A DNA stretch of 63,876 nt, filler included, from Welwitschia mirabilis (Eukaryota): assembly GCA_051453625.1 (NCBI GenBank). It is 8 parts of one record of this genome, joined end to end, with 100 filler letters (N's around TTAATTAATTAA, not from the genome) between each part and the next. Parts side by side here need not be neighbours in the genome. Positions count along the whole stretch, not along the records: positions 27,848 to 48,732 come from JBOZIK010000001.1; positions 48,833 to 58,779 come from JBOZIK010000001.1; 6 more parts are not named here. The stretch is one strand, 5' to 3'. Position 1 is the first letter of the stretch. Every line of letters begins with the position of its first letter. Under the pieces are notes generated by a model. That model had not been told where the DNA came from and did no database searches. It saw only the letters and a list, made by a program, of their open reading frames with translations. Shown here piece after piece: positions 39,221 to 52,540 of the stretch. A program made the position numbers and the translations under genes.

Positions 39221-40199
39221 AGACAGAATCTTTACATTGAATTCATTAATCTATGATTATTTTTCTTACTAAAGTTAAAGGGTTAGTTTAATCCTAGGGC
39301 TTTTATTGTAAATAGGCACTGGTCTTTTTATTTTTATATTTTTTTCTCACATGTGGAGTGGTTTAATATCATTTTTCTTTTATGTACTATTAAATTTTAT
39401 TTATTTTTTTAAAATTCTTTTTACATTATTTTTATTACCATTTTTTAATAGATTCCTTTCCTTGTAAGTGATGTTAAGGCACACATTTTTTTATAGAAGA
39501 TTCTTTACATTTCAGCTTTTCTTCATTTTTTGATTTGTCTTCCTTCAGTATTTATGGTATGGAACAATGTATTTTTCATCATCTTTTTTAAAATTTCACC
39601 AATGTTCTTTTTTTTAAATTAGAAATTCAAGAGAGAACTTTATAAGCAGTTTTTTCTTAAGTGCTTTTTATGAATNNNNNNNNNNNNNNNNNNNNNNNNN
39701 NNNNNNNNNNNNNNNNNNNNNNNNNNNNNNNNNNNNNNNNNNNNNNNNNNNNNNNNNNNNNNNNNNNNNNNNNNNCAGTTTTTCTTTCTTTTATATTTGA
39801 CAATCTATTATTTTCTATATATTAGATTCCTTATATTATCTTTTAATATTTAAAATAATACCATTTTGTACCTTTTATGCCTCTCTTTGTCATGGAGAAG
39901 AGTATTCATTTGACTTCTAGTTTAAGTAAGTGAAATAGTAATCCTTTTAAGGCAACTCACTTAAATTTTGATTCAAGGATTTATTGGCTAATCAATTAGA
40001 TGAATTTGTTTTTGTAAGTAAAATAGATATCCATAGGCATGATGTAGCTACTNNNNNNNNNNNNNNNNNNNNNNNNNNNNNNNNNNNNNNNNNNNNNNNN
40101 NNNNNNNNNNNNNNNNNNNNNNNNNNNNNNNNNNNNNNNNNNNNNNNNNNNNTTTCTATATATTAGGTTCCTTCTAGTATTCTTTTAATATTTAAAATA

Positions 40200-42300
40200 A
40201 TATCATTTTGTACCTTTTATGCCTCTCTTTGTTATGGAGAAGAGTATTCAATTGAATTCTAGTTTAAGTAAGTGAAATAGTAATCCTTTTAAGGCAACTT
40301 ACTTAAATTTTGATTCAAGTATTTATTGGCTAATCAATTAGATGAATTTATTTTTGTAAGTAAAATAGATATCCATAGGCATGATGTAGCTACTACATAT
40401 TTTTTAACTCCCTATTGTGCTACTTATGGATAATTTATTATTTGTTATGCCTTCCTTCATGATCATTTCAATGAAATCCTATGTTGTTCCATTTATTTAA
40501 TTTTTTACATTATTAAGAGAATTTATTTTAATTAGATCTTAACTAGCTTATTTTATTCTTAGTCTACATTATTCATCTTTAAAGAGGTATATACAACATG
40601 AAGTGTTTCTATAGACATGTACTATTGAAACTATTTGCAAGCACTAAGTCTTGAATTTTGTAGTTATTTTATTCTTCTTCTATTAATATTTCTCTTTTTA
40701 TACCTTATAAAATATACATATTAACCCTTACTCAACTTCTATTCTTCTAGTATAGTGGAATAAAGTTAGTTTAGATTTACATGATCCTAGGGATTCTTCT
40801 AAGGGTACTTTTACTATTTTATCTAAGGTAGGGATTTTATCCTCTTATTATTTTAATGATAATCTGACATTGTTTAGGAGTTTATTTTACATGGTTTATG
40901 CATGAATAAAGCCACTAATTCTAGTTCGTAAAACTCTTGGCATCATCATAAAGATAAGAAAAGAATGTAATTAATTTTTTGTAAGGTGATTGAGGAGGAT
41001 TCAGTCCTCAGCCTTTGTCATCGTCCTTGAACTCATGTGGTGCATTTTATCCTTTATTATTTTATTATGAACATTGGTTTCTACATCACTTACTTTTTTA
41101 ATTTAATAAGGAGCAAGTGATTTCAAGTTTTTTATAGGATTTGGGAACTCTACCTATTATAAATGAAGAGGAGGTAGAGTTTAATCTCTTGCATGCTCTG
41201 TAAGATTATTGTAGTGCTTAGTTCCATACTTTCCTTTCCTTCTAGCTTCTTCCAATTTCTTTTAGACTTATATCTAGGTATTAATAATGATCTTTTGGAT
41301 TTTGATAATCTACTCTCTTAAGGAGACATGTCGTGATCCACATCCTATTTTCATTCTTCTATGACATAGGATCTTCTAGTTATGGAATATGTTTCATAGT
41401 TTTGTCTTCTTCTCCTACATCTTGGAATATTGTTCATGAGCTAGATCAAGTCATGTACTAGATATATCAGATACTTTTATAGTTGAATTTCCTTTACTCC
41501 ATGGACTAAGAAATTGCTAAACTAATTTAGGAAGTTTCAATATCTTTGGGATACTTCATACTTATATGACTCATCCTTCATAGCTAGATGAGGTTTATTT
41601 CTTTCATTTTCCTAATTCTACCAATATTCCTTATAACTACAAGAAACATTGTAGAGGTTTTTTCACTCTTTCTTATACTCCTTAGTGAGAGTGATCATAT
41701 TAGATGAATGATATTAATAATTTAGTATTAATTCTAGAATATTTTTATTATATGGCTTGCCATTAGGTAGAGTAATGAAATACTTCGAATAATACCATTC
41801 ATATGTGATAAGTAATGTTATTTTCTTTTATATTTTATTAGATTCTAATTATCTCTTATTTTATACTGATCATTCTTATTTTTTTCTTATAGAATGAAGT
41901 GGAAAATTTATGCCTTTCTAAGAAGAAGTCAAGGGATGATGATTCCTGATTAATAGATGTTAAACACATAAAAATTGACATTATGATAAACTTATTTGAT
42001 CAATTTTCCTCCATGGAAGACATTAATATAATTGATATATCATAAGAACATGTCTTCTATTAATTTTATATAATGATTTTGGACTTATCATTTTTTCTAT
42101 GACATTTTTATAAATAACTTATGACATTTGGAAAACATGCTTAAAAGTTAATAATAATCTGAGCTAAAATACCAATGTTGTTGTCTAGATCTGGTTAATC
42201 TATATAAATCACCTTCATTCTTACATTCTTGACTTATTATGGAAAAATTTATTAAAAGAAATTATGAGCTTGATCTAATTCCATGTCCTAAGTAACTTAC
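40200..42300 (+). pseudogene. Possible Tat/Retand-type extra ORF relic (putative gypsy-type transposase-like domain)
   Basis: 40440-40620 reads roughly HDHF..P...F..LL..YF.LDLN*L..S*..LFIF, resembling the 'R.P...F...LL..Y.L...QL.PN.W..L..F' signature. Ser/Pro-rich middle and acidic end. Heavily decayed. Confidence 0.35.
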
Positions 42301-42429
42301 ATCTTCAATGATACATGGTGATGATGATGATAATACATTGATAAGGACATGCAACATTGTTGAATAGGATGATGATGGAGACACATGATGATGACAATAT
42401 ATAGCAATAGTAGTACCACCTAAGAGGTA

Positions 42430-45400
42430 GGTGGCATCCTTATTATAAAAATATCTATCAAATGTAAAAGATAATTAACTACTTATCTAATGTCATCATT
42501 TTTCAACCGCTTACCTCATACTATAAGCTAAAGGCTTGTAACCACTCCTTACTCCCATCTCTTCCTATAAAAAGGCCTTTAGTCCCGTATTATAATATCT
42601 TTAACTTGGGAGAAATTTAGAACCTTGGAGTGTTAAGTTGCAATAACCTTCTAAGCATCTCTTTTAAAAGTGACCTTGTTTTCAACGATAATTTAAGAAT
42701 TTTTACTAGCATCTTTCTTCCTTTTTTATAAAGGGTTTTTCTTAATATATAAAGTTATTTGATTTTGATTTCAAGTTATGATTTACTTTATACTTAAAAT
42801 TCTTAGTAGAAACTTAATTATCAAGCTTCATTTCATTTATGAAAGATCTTTAATTACTTAGTTTAAGTCTATTAATTTTATAGATTTTAAGTACTTAGGA
42901 TTCTTAATTTTTGTTATTTTTTTAGGCTATAAAAAATCAAGTAACAATTAAGTTCACCATCATTCATTATGTCATCATGATCTAAGCTGAAAATGCTTAA
43001 TAGTTTTAACCATGTTATATGAAAATAATTGGATAACATTAAACTAAAGTATTTTTTATGAATAAATCACTGAAACCTTTGAGCTAGCTTGCTTCTCTCC
43101 TTTTCTAATTTAAAGTTTCAACCAAAACTACTCTAAACTCTTTTTCTCTTTTTCTTTCTTAAATTTATAACTTTTATTAGACAACAGTTAGTTCAAACTT
43201 CTAAAAACTACCCTAGTTATTAATACTAGGTATCAACTTAGTTAAATTTGGTCCATTGTAAAATCATGATCAAATTGACAACATGGTAGCTGCTTAGAAG
43301 AGCATCAAGTTTTATTTTTGTAAGTTTTCTAGTTATTCTTTATTTTTTTGGTAATGGATACTAATTCACTCTAGTGATACCTAAACTAGTTCTTTTTCTT
43401 TTTCTTTTTCTCTTGTTTTGTATGTTGTTTCTTTATTTTTACTTTCAATGATTGGTATTGACCATATTAGTGATACCTAAATTGATTAAGTTTAGATTTT
43501 CTTTTTTTTTTTCCTCTATCTTATTTTTATGTAAAAGTCTAATATTTTTTTTATAGGTTTTTAAAGAGGAAAAAACTTAACTTATCTACTTCATATTATT
43601 TTTCAACATTTTTTCTAATTTTTAGCTTTGGGAATTTGCTGCATTACAAAACATTTAAAAATATAAAAATATTTTGTGATCTTACTTAAAGATTTGGTCT
43701 ATAAATAATTACATTTTTCATTTTGGTTTAATTTTTTTATGATCCTAATATGTAAAACCTTTTACAAGTCAATTGTGAACTTGCATTATTTTTTTCAAAT
43801 TATAACTTGNNNNNNNNNNNNNNNNNNNNNNNNNNNNNNNNNNNNNNNNTCATCATCTATACTAACCTTAAAGTTGTCAGATTCTATTCCTAAATAACTT
43901 TGTAAATTTTCTTGAATACTTTGCATAAATCCAAAAACCTCTGTGTCTTATAGGCTTTATCAAACATTATTTGGAACATATCTAAAACTTTTTGAAACCT
44001 ATTTTTACATGCATTAGATCCATGATGACTTTAAAATATTGATCAAGAATTCTTTGAATAACATGGATTCCTTTACTGATCCAAGAATCATATGATGAAA
44101 TGAATACCATAATGACTACCAAAGAGAACAAGCCTCAACCTTCCAAGATGATCAAATTAATAATAAATAATAATACTCCTCCTTCTAATAAAATCAAAAC
44201 CCAAATAATCCACTTAATAGAGTACTATTTAATCAAGAACTAATTAACTCACTAGCTGCCTATTACCTTACCTAAGAAGTAGCTATATGACAAGCTACTA
44301 TAGATAACATTAACTAACGTAGGTATAATATACATGATTCCCTCCAATCATAATGTCTAAAAACACTTTTACGTAGTAGAACAATCCATAAACTAAAGGT
44401 AAGAGTTCAAATACTCCACAATCCAACTTTTAACTCACTTTCATGGCCTAAAATATTTGGACTTCTACCTTCACCATAAGAAATTCAAATGCATTCTATT
44501 AACTATTCCTCAATATTCAAACATATCTAATGATTTTAAAACTTCCTTTAATTTAATTTGCATTAAAAGAAAAATCAATCATGATTCTATATCCTTAAGC
44601 CCTTGTTTATTAGGTCATGATTCAAACTAAATAAGGCCTTCATCTCAAAGTCTCTTTCTAATCATAAAACAAATGGTTTAAGAAAAGACATAATGAACTC
44701 TTAGTAGAAGGATTAGGAAACATTCTACCAAGTGTTAAAATGATTTAAGACTTATTAAAAAATACCCATAACATGGTTTCAAGTTACAAAAATAAATAAG
44801 CTTTTTCTATGTTAGGTTAGTTACAAACAATAGGCAATTGATTAAAAAAAATAAGTCAAAGAAATTTCTTTAGCATGCCTTTAGATGAAGTTTGGAAATG
44901 TTTAAAAAATGTAGATGAGAGTGTAAAAAAATAGAAAAAAACCTTATCAACCATATAGATCATATCATTCTATTAGATCTACAAGCATATTTAAGATACC
45001 TAAAAATTTTGAGATTATTAATAAAATAGACAAATTAATGAGGAGAATAGAATCTTTAACTACTTCGTCCTTACCTTTACCTTAGTTAGTAAGTAATAAT
45101 ATCTAATTTTCCATATTGACACTCATGAAATAGCCAAATTTCCTTTCATTTTCTTATTTTAAAATACTATTAAGCACTAAGTAAACATAGTAGAGCACTA
45201 ATGGCAAAACTCAAAAAATGATCCTTGCTCAAACATGTATAATCCCATAAGGAGAAATTATTTTAGCCTTTCTCGCAAACAAGATAACCGAATTAATTAA
45301 CTAATAAACCAATTTCTATTATCATCCTCTCATCCTTTTTCATCCAGTTACCAAAAACCATTCTTATCCATCCTCTTTGAGAATTTGGTAAGAAAGCTTA

Positions 45401-45780
45401 TGGAAACCTAAGTTCAACATAATCATATCCATAAAAAATCATTGAAATAACATTTCTTCTTAGGAAAAAATCTTGAATAGAATCCACAATTCATTATCAA
45501 AGTTCTCCAACAACTCTAATAAATTCAAATCAAAATTCTTTCCATCCTAAACTAAGGGAAAATAGGAAAATTTCTCATGATNNNNNNNNNNNNNNNNNNN
45601 NNNNNNNNNNNNNNNNNNNNNNNNNNNNNNNNNNNNNNNNNNNNNNNNNNNNNNNNNNNNNNNNNNNNNNNNNNNNNNNNNTCTTCTTAGAAAAAAATCT
45701 TGAATAGAATCCACAATCCATTATCAAAGTTCTCCAACAACTTCGATAAATGCAAATCAAAATTATTTCCATCCTAAACT
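42430..45780 (+). mobile_element. Athila-type 5' fragment (probable LTR ending 43283, decayed PBS, gag)
   Basis: TATA-like cctataaaaagg at ~42564, ...gacaaca|tggtagctgc at 43283/43284, T-rich UTR, then gag. The left boundary is approximate. Confidence 0.55.
44380..45000 (+). pseudogene. Athila gag relic
   Basis: FHGLKYLDFYLHHKKF...FALKEK...*FY.L...KAFISK..SNHKTNGLRKDIMN...DEVWKCL. Confidence 0.75.
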
Positions 45781-46172
45781 AAGGGAAAATAGGAAAATTT
45801 CTCATGATCTTTGTCATGTCCACATTTTTACATTTCTTATAAAAATTTTAAATTTGTGTTTAATGAAATATTTGGAAAATTTTGATTTCCTTGAAACCCT
45901 TAATTATTGTGAATACTANNNNNNNNNNNNNNNNNNNNNNNNNNNNNNNNNNNNNNNNNNNNNNNGTGTAAATATTCGTACACAATGTTTATATGCTCTT
46001 GTGGTAGAAATGATATCTTTTATTTACTTATGCAATTGAAAGTAAATTTTGAATTGAATGTATACTGTGGAATATATTATTTATTTCTTTTTCTTATTAT
46101 TAAATGTAAAGCATTATCTTGATTATATTATTAAAAGCATTCAGTGGTCAGGTAATCATTTATGAGACATTA

Positions 46173-48572
46173 TGTAATCCCTCTTTTAGCCTCCCTCATT
46201 AATGATACTTTATCTTCATATGAAAAGAATCTTTGTCAACTTTCATTTATCTTCATATTCTTATGACCCTTTGTATTCCATCAAATCTTGATTATAAATA
46301 GGATTCTCCTCCTTCTTTTGCCTCACTTTCATTTTTGGAGAACCTTTTCCTACTGAGTCTTGGATCTGGAAAAGACTTGAAGACTAGCAAAGATATTGAG
46401 TTATTTTTGAAAATCGGTATGGTTCCTTACCTTCATGCTTTCTTGTTGCTACTTTTGTATGTATTCTATATTAAAATCATTATGTGTATGTATGCTNNNN
46501 NNNNNNNNNNNNNNNNNNNNNNNNNNNNNNNNNNNNNNNNNNNNNNNNNNNNNNNNNNNNNNNNNNNNNNNNNNNNNNNNNNNNNNNNNNNNNNNNATGT
46601 GTATGTATGCTTCCTTATCTTCATGCTTCCTTGTTGGTCCTTTTTTATGCATTTTGTATTTAAATTGTTATACAATGTATGATTCTCTACTTTTATATTT
46701 TCTTGATGGTCCTTGCTTATGGATTTATTTACTAAAATTAACGTGTATTTATATTCCTATATGTCAAATGTTAAATCATGCGATGCTTAAATGAGATAAA
46801 CTCTATGTTAATACATGTTTCATCTTCATTACCCTTTTTCATGGTATCTTGAGGTTATCTTTCTTAGCATGAGATAAAAATTTGGATTGATTCCTATTAT
46901 ATTGACTTATCATCTTGCAGTTGAAATCTATGGTTGAGATTTTATGTTTTGGTAAAACCTATTTTAGTTTCATGATATCATCTTGTTGGACCTATAGTTA
47001 TGGATTTTCCAAAGATCCCTGAATAAGGCAGTGGACTTCTCAGATCGCCAAATGAGGTAGTGAAGACAGAATCCCATAGACTATTGAATGAGGTAGTGAG
47101 GATATTATATTACCACAGATTATCGAATGATGCAGTAGGCTTTACAAATTACCGAATAAGGTAGTGAAATTAATTATGATCGAGATTTTATATATATTAT
47201 TATGAGTACCACAGATCACTAAATGAGGCAGTGGGCTTTACAGATCACCAAATGAGATCGTGGAGTTGAATATTATATGAGAATCACAGATCATCAAATG
47301 AGGGAGTGGGCTTCACAAATCGCCAAATGAGGTAGTGAATTTAATGATGATTGAGATTATATATATTATATTGATATTTTCATTCATAACCATGAGTTCA
47401 TTATTCATGTATGTCTTAAATTTTTTAAAAGTCTTGAACTTTGACTTGNNNNNNNNNNNNNNNNNNNNNNNNNNNNNNNNNNNNNNNNNNNNNNNNNNNN
47501 NNNNNNNNNNNNNNNNNNNNNNNNNNNNNNNNNNNNNNNNNNNNNNNNNNNNNNNNNNNNNNNNNNNNNNNNNNNNNNNNNNNNNNNNNNNNNNNNNNNN
47601 NNNNNNNNNNNNNNNNNNNNNNNNNNNNNNNNNNNNNNNNNNNNNNNNNNNNNNNNNNNNNNNNNNNNNNNNNNNNNNNNNNNNNNNNNNNNNNNNNNNN
47701 NNNNNNNNNNNNNNNNNNNNNNNNNNNNNNNNNNNNNNNNNNNNNNNNNNNNNNNNNNNNNNNNNNNNNNNNNNNNNNNNNNNNNNNNNNNNNNNNNNNN
47801 NNNNNNNNNNNNNNNNNNNNNNNNNNNNNNNNNNNNNNNNNNNNNNNNNNNNNNNNNNNNNNNNNNNNNNNNNNNNNNNNNNNNNNNNNNNNNNNNNNNN
47901 NNNNNNNNNNNNNNNNNNNNNNNNNNNNNNNNNNNNNNNNNNNNNNNNNNNNNNNNNNNNNNNNNNNNNNNNNNNNNNNNNNNNNNNNNNNNNNNNNNNN
48001 NTTGTAATGTATCTTTGATAAAATTACTTTAAAATGCAGAGAAGAGACTTTTCCTCCATCCAAAAGAAATTTAGATCCTAAGAAAAATAAGTTACCTTTT
48101 CTCTTGAAATTAATTAAGGGTTGTAAGATTAGTTAATAGGAAAATTCCTTTTAAAAAAATAATTTAAGGTATTTTTAAGGAGAGGATTACCTTAAAGAAA
48201 GCCATTATTAAGGAAGTTACAGATTCTTGAGATGAACATTACAAAAAGGAAGTTACAAATTTTTGNNNNNNNNNNNNNNNNNNNNNNNNNNNNNNNNNNN
48301 NNNNNNNNNNNNNNNNNNNNNNNNNNNNNNNNNNNNNNNNNNNNNNNNNNNNNNNNNNNNNNNNNATATGGACGCTACAAAGTTTAACTTTTCTATTAAT
48401 AATATAGATAGTTTTAATGCTTTTGATAGAGTAGAAGAAAGAGGATTTAATCCCTTACTAAATAAGTAATGTTTATAAGTTTAGAATAAGAAAAGCGGGC
48501 ATTTTGCTTTGAGGTATTACAACATCAAAGTAAGTTGAAAGTTTTTAACATTAGTATTTTTGGGGTGTTACA
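46173..48572 (+). repeat. Tekay/Del-like 5' LTR (gapped)
   Basis: Starts TGTAATCCCT, TATA tataaatagg at ~46294, internal tandem repeats, ends GGGGTGTTACA followed by a Met PBS. Confidence 0.7.
47020..47340 (+). repeat. Tandem ~29-bp repeats (cacagatcaccaaatgaggtagtgg) inside the Tekay-like LTR
   Basis: About nine visible copies of (c)aaatgaggt/cagtg with cagatc upstream. Confidence 0.85.
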
Positions 48573-48575
48573 ATT

Positions 48576-48705
48576 TGGTATCGAAGTTTTAATGATAAAT
48601 ATTTTCAACTGTAGAAATTTAGAATGTTACATTTTGGTATCAGAGCATTAAATTTGAAGATTTTCATAAGTTTAATTATTAGGCCTTTATATTTGGTATC
48701 AAAGC
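48576..48705 (+). promoter_or_regulatory. Three tandem tRNA-iMet PBS copies
   Basis: tggtatcgaag at 48576, tggtatcagagc at 48635, tggtatcaaagc at 48694, an exact 59-bp period. Confidence 0.8.
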
Positions 48706-48832
48706 ACTAGGTTGTGAATTCTCTAGGCATAGNNNNNNNNNNNNNNNNNNNNNNNNNNNNNNNNNNNNNNNNNNNNTTAATTAATTAANNNNNNNNNNNN
48801 NNNNNNNNNNNNNNNNNNNNNNNNNNNNNNNN

Positions 48833-50278
48833 GTTATTTTTCTATTAATATGATAATACAATCTCTTCCAAAGCAAAACTAGAGTACCCTAGGGAAAGTC
48901 ATAGGAATGTGGCCTACAATAAAACCTTCTTAAAGGAGTTGCCATGTGAGGAAACTATTTTGTGAAAAAATGTAGATACTTTAGTACTACACATCCTATA
49001 GCAGATAGGACTTATTGCATGCATTATGCATTGCATAATTCTAGATGAGAAATATACTACACATCCCATAGTACTAGGCTATGATTAAACTACCTGTTTC
49101 ATAGTCTTAGAATCAAGAGTAACTTTAAATACTAACTTAAAAATCAAATTAATTCCATAGTATACAAGAAAAAATAATTTTAAATTAACTCATTATCAAT
49201 TTCATTTTGTATTGAAGGTGCTAGAACTTCTCTTGATCAAGTATCTTTGTTTAAGTATTAGTTATTTATTCCTTCATCCTATATAAGTTCCTTAATTTTA
49301 TAGATTAAATCACATATATCATTTTTTATAAGTGCATAGGATTTTTCTTTCATAGCTTGGACTTACTGATTGTGTATAAAAATGTATTTCAAAGAATTTT
49401 GTTTACTATCAAAGATTAAGTGAACCTTATCATTATCATCATTATGAATTACTAGTATCAATTTTAATAAAGGTTTTCCTCATGATCTATATCATAAATG
49501 AAGCTATCATAAAATTATAAACAACATAAACCATAAGGAAAATATACATAATAAAGGATATAAGAAGAAAACCAGAGTTTTGATTATATTTAAATCAATG
49601 TCTATGTTATAAAGAAGTAATATCTCAATGAAGGATACATAGCCTAACACTAAGGAAGATGTCTCTTTGTAATAACAAGGATGGATCTCCTACTCTTCGA
49701 TCTATTGTTACAATAATTTCCAATGTCAAAGAAGATAAAGTTGGAGTTGAGGGTGAAGGAGGTATTTATTACAAATAAGACTCTAAAAATGGAAAATACT
49801 AATAGATGTTGTAAAACCATAATAGCTACACAAGAAGGCACATGACACATAGTGAAAGTTTGATGAAGTTTAATGAATAGTTATTTTTAGGTGTCATCTT
49901 GATTATCATCTAGATGTTACAAGAGATGATGTCACATCATAGAGGATCTAATTAGCTGCTAGTTTGGTCTAGTAAGTGTCCTAGTTATCATAACTTCTTC
50001 TATTATTCATACTATAATCTAGTCAATAAGATGGATGATGGGCTTCATAAAGATGTTTCTTATGCCAGATTAGCCTCTTTGATTATGGGATTTCTGATTT
50101 AGATAGGAGGTATTACAATTTACTATAAGTATTATTAAATGTAATGAAGATTGCATTGTTTTGTGATATTTTTCTTATCTCTTCATTATCATCAAANNNN
50201 NNNNNNNNNNNNNNNNNNNNNNNCTTACAAAAGAACTTAAAATACCTTATCAAACACATGTAATTTGGAAGTGCAACA
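48833..50278 (-). repeat. Athila 3' LTR (truncated)
   Basis: TGTTGCA start after a PPT. Direct repeat of 60687-62091. Confidence 0.8.
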
Positions 50279-51320
50279 TAGCCCTCTGCTTAATCTTGTC
50301 AATCCCTGATAAAACTAGGTAGACAACCACAATTATGAGCTAAATTGACTAAAGATAAAACAAACTAGGGAACTAAAAAAAATCAAAAATAATTTTAGAA
50401 ATCTCATAATGTAGAATATAAATGTTAAAAATAAATAATTAAATGTTTTATCTANNNNNNNNNNNNNNNNNNNNNNNNNNNNNNNNNNNNNNNNNNNNNN
50501 NNNNNNNNNNNNNNNNNNNNNNNNNNNNNNNNNNNNNNNNNNNNNNNNNNNNNNNNNNNNNNNNNNNNNNNNNNNNNNNNNNNNNNNNNNNNNNNNNNNN
50601 NNNNNNNNNNNNNNNNNNNNNNNNNNNNNNNNNNNNNNNNNNNNNNNNNNNNNNNNNNNNNNNNNNNNNNNNNNNNNNNNNNNNNNNNNNNNNNNNNNNN
50701 NNNNNNNNNNNNNNNNNNNNNNNNNNNNNNNNNNNNNNNNNNNNNNNNNNNNNNNNNNNNNNNNNNNNNNNNNNNNNNNNNNNNNNNNNNNNNNNNNNNN
50801 NNNNNNNNNNNNNNNNNNNNNNNNNNNNNNNNNNNNNNNNNNNNNNNNNNNNNNNNNNNNNNNNNNNNNNNNNNNNNNNNNNNNNNNNNNNNNNNNNNNN
50901 NNNNNNNNNNNNNNNNNNNNNNNNNNNNNNNNNNNNNNNNNNNNNNNNNNNNNNNNNNNNNNNNNNNNNNNNNNNNNNNNNNNNNNNNNNNNNNNNNNNN
51001 NNNNNNNNNNNNNNNNNNNNNNNNNNNNNNNNNNNNNNNNNNNNNNNNNNNNNNNNNNNNNNNNNNNNNNNNNNNNNNNNNNNNNNNNNNNNNNNNNNNN
51101 NNNNNNNNNNNNNNNNNNNNNNNNNNNNNNNNNNNNNNNNNNNNNNNNNNNNNNNNNNNNNNNNNNNNNNNNNNNNNNNNNNNNNNNNNNNNNNNNNNNN
51201 NNNNNNNNNNNNNNNNNNNNNNNNNNNNNNNNNNNNNNNNNNNNNNNNNNNNNNNNNNNNNNNNNNNNNNNNNNNNNNNNNNNNNNNNNNNNNNNNNNNN
51301 NNNNNNNNNNNNNNNNNNNN

Positions 51321-52540
51321 AATCTTTATGTACTTCAAGCTCAGATGTAGGCGTAGAAGATGGAAAATGCTTAGGATCTATGAGAAAATGATGGTTAGTG
51401 GCTATTGTCATAGATTATGTAGTATCATCTCCTTGTGCTTTGACTACCTCTAGGACGTCAATAGCAACATCATACTAAATGTATGATATGAAATTACATA
51501 CATCTATCAATTACTCCTATGCATGCTAAAATCTCCTTTTAAAAATGGTTATCCTCTGCTATAACTCAATAAAGATTTAGTTCATAACCTCTCTAAGGCC
51601 CTGTGCTATGTCTACTAGGAGAGCCTGTATCTAACAAGGAGTAATACCAATGGCAAGTATCTATACCTAAGGTCTCTTTGCCTCTCTTAAAATCTGGACA
51701 CCCATGTCTTATAGGCAAGAAGCTAATGTCTAAAGATGTATAAGTCTCTACTCATCCATAGGCTTAAATATACTGAAGCATTTAAACATAACTGAGAGGA
51801 GGCATGGATATCTGAGAATTTATATCTAATAATCCTTAATCATTATCTTAAGTCTCCTCTAAATAAAAGTTAGTAAACCCATCTGCTCTCCCTATCTAAA
51901 CACTGCTAACATCTGTAGGTGGGCTACCATTGCATGACTATTATGGAATAAAATGTTGATGTTATGGATTAATCTTCTATGTAAAATCCAATAAGTAGAC
52001 AATAATGCATTATCAATACTTCTTACCTATCATCATTAACATTAGCTAGTATGTCTAATACTGCATCATAAGCATGACAATCCTTTGTATTGTTAGCTGA
52101 ATAAATATGTATGCTTCCAATACCACCTAACTTAGTAACTACATTGATGTTACTTAGGAGAATAGATATATTATGGTCATAAAGCATAACTATAATCATA
52201 TTAACCAAGTGAACTCGACCATTAAATCACCTCTTAATGTGCATCATATCATAAAACTCTCTAGTCTTAGAGGCATAATAAACTTTATGCACATTCATAA
52301 TTCACCTAAGCTATAGCTCAATCAATCTCTGATCTACCTTTGGCTTTATATTACTCATAAAGTCTCCAAACTATATCTCTAAATTAATGGAAGTATCTAT
52401 ACATGCATGCATCAAGCCTCTCGAGGTGGTGGATGCATAGGCTTTACATGCTTAATCACAGATGGGACTAGTAGGCTCACCTTCTATTCAATATGTTATC
52501 CTCTTCCTTAGCCTTCTCTTGTCTAGCTCATCATGTACAT
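51321..52540 (-). pseudogene. Decayed Athila extra (env-like) ORF, homologue of 485-1755
   Basis: Shares catccaccacct, agagagttttatga (REFY), tatccatgcctcctct and gagaggcaaag..ccttaggtatag with the copy at 485-1755. Confidence 0.6.

Noticed and set aside
38375..47340. Arrays at 38375-39220 and 47020-47340 as CRISPR arrays
   Set aside because: The units are degenerate head-to-tail repeats without unique spacers, there are no cas genes, and the context is plant retrotransposon.
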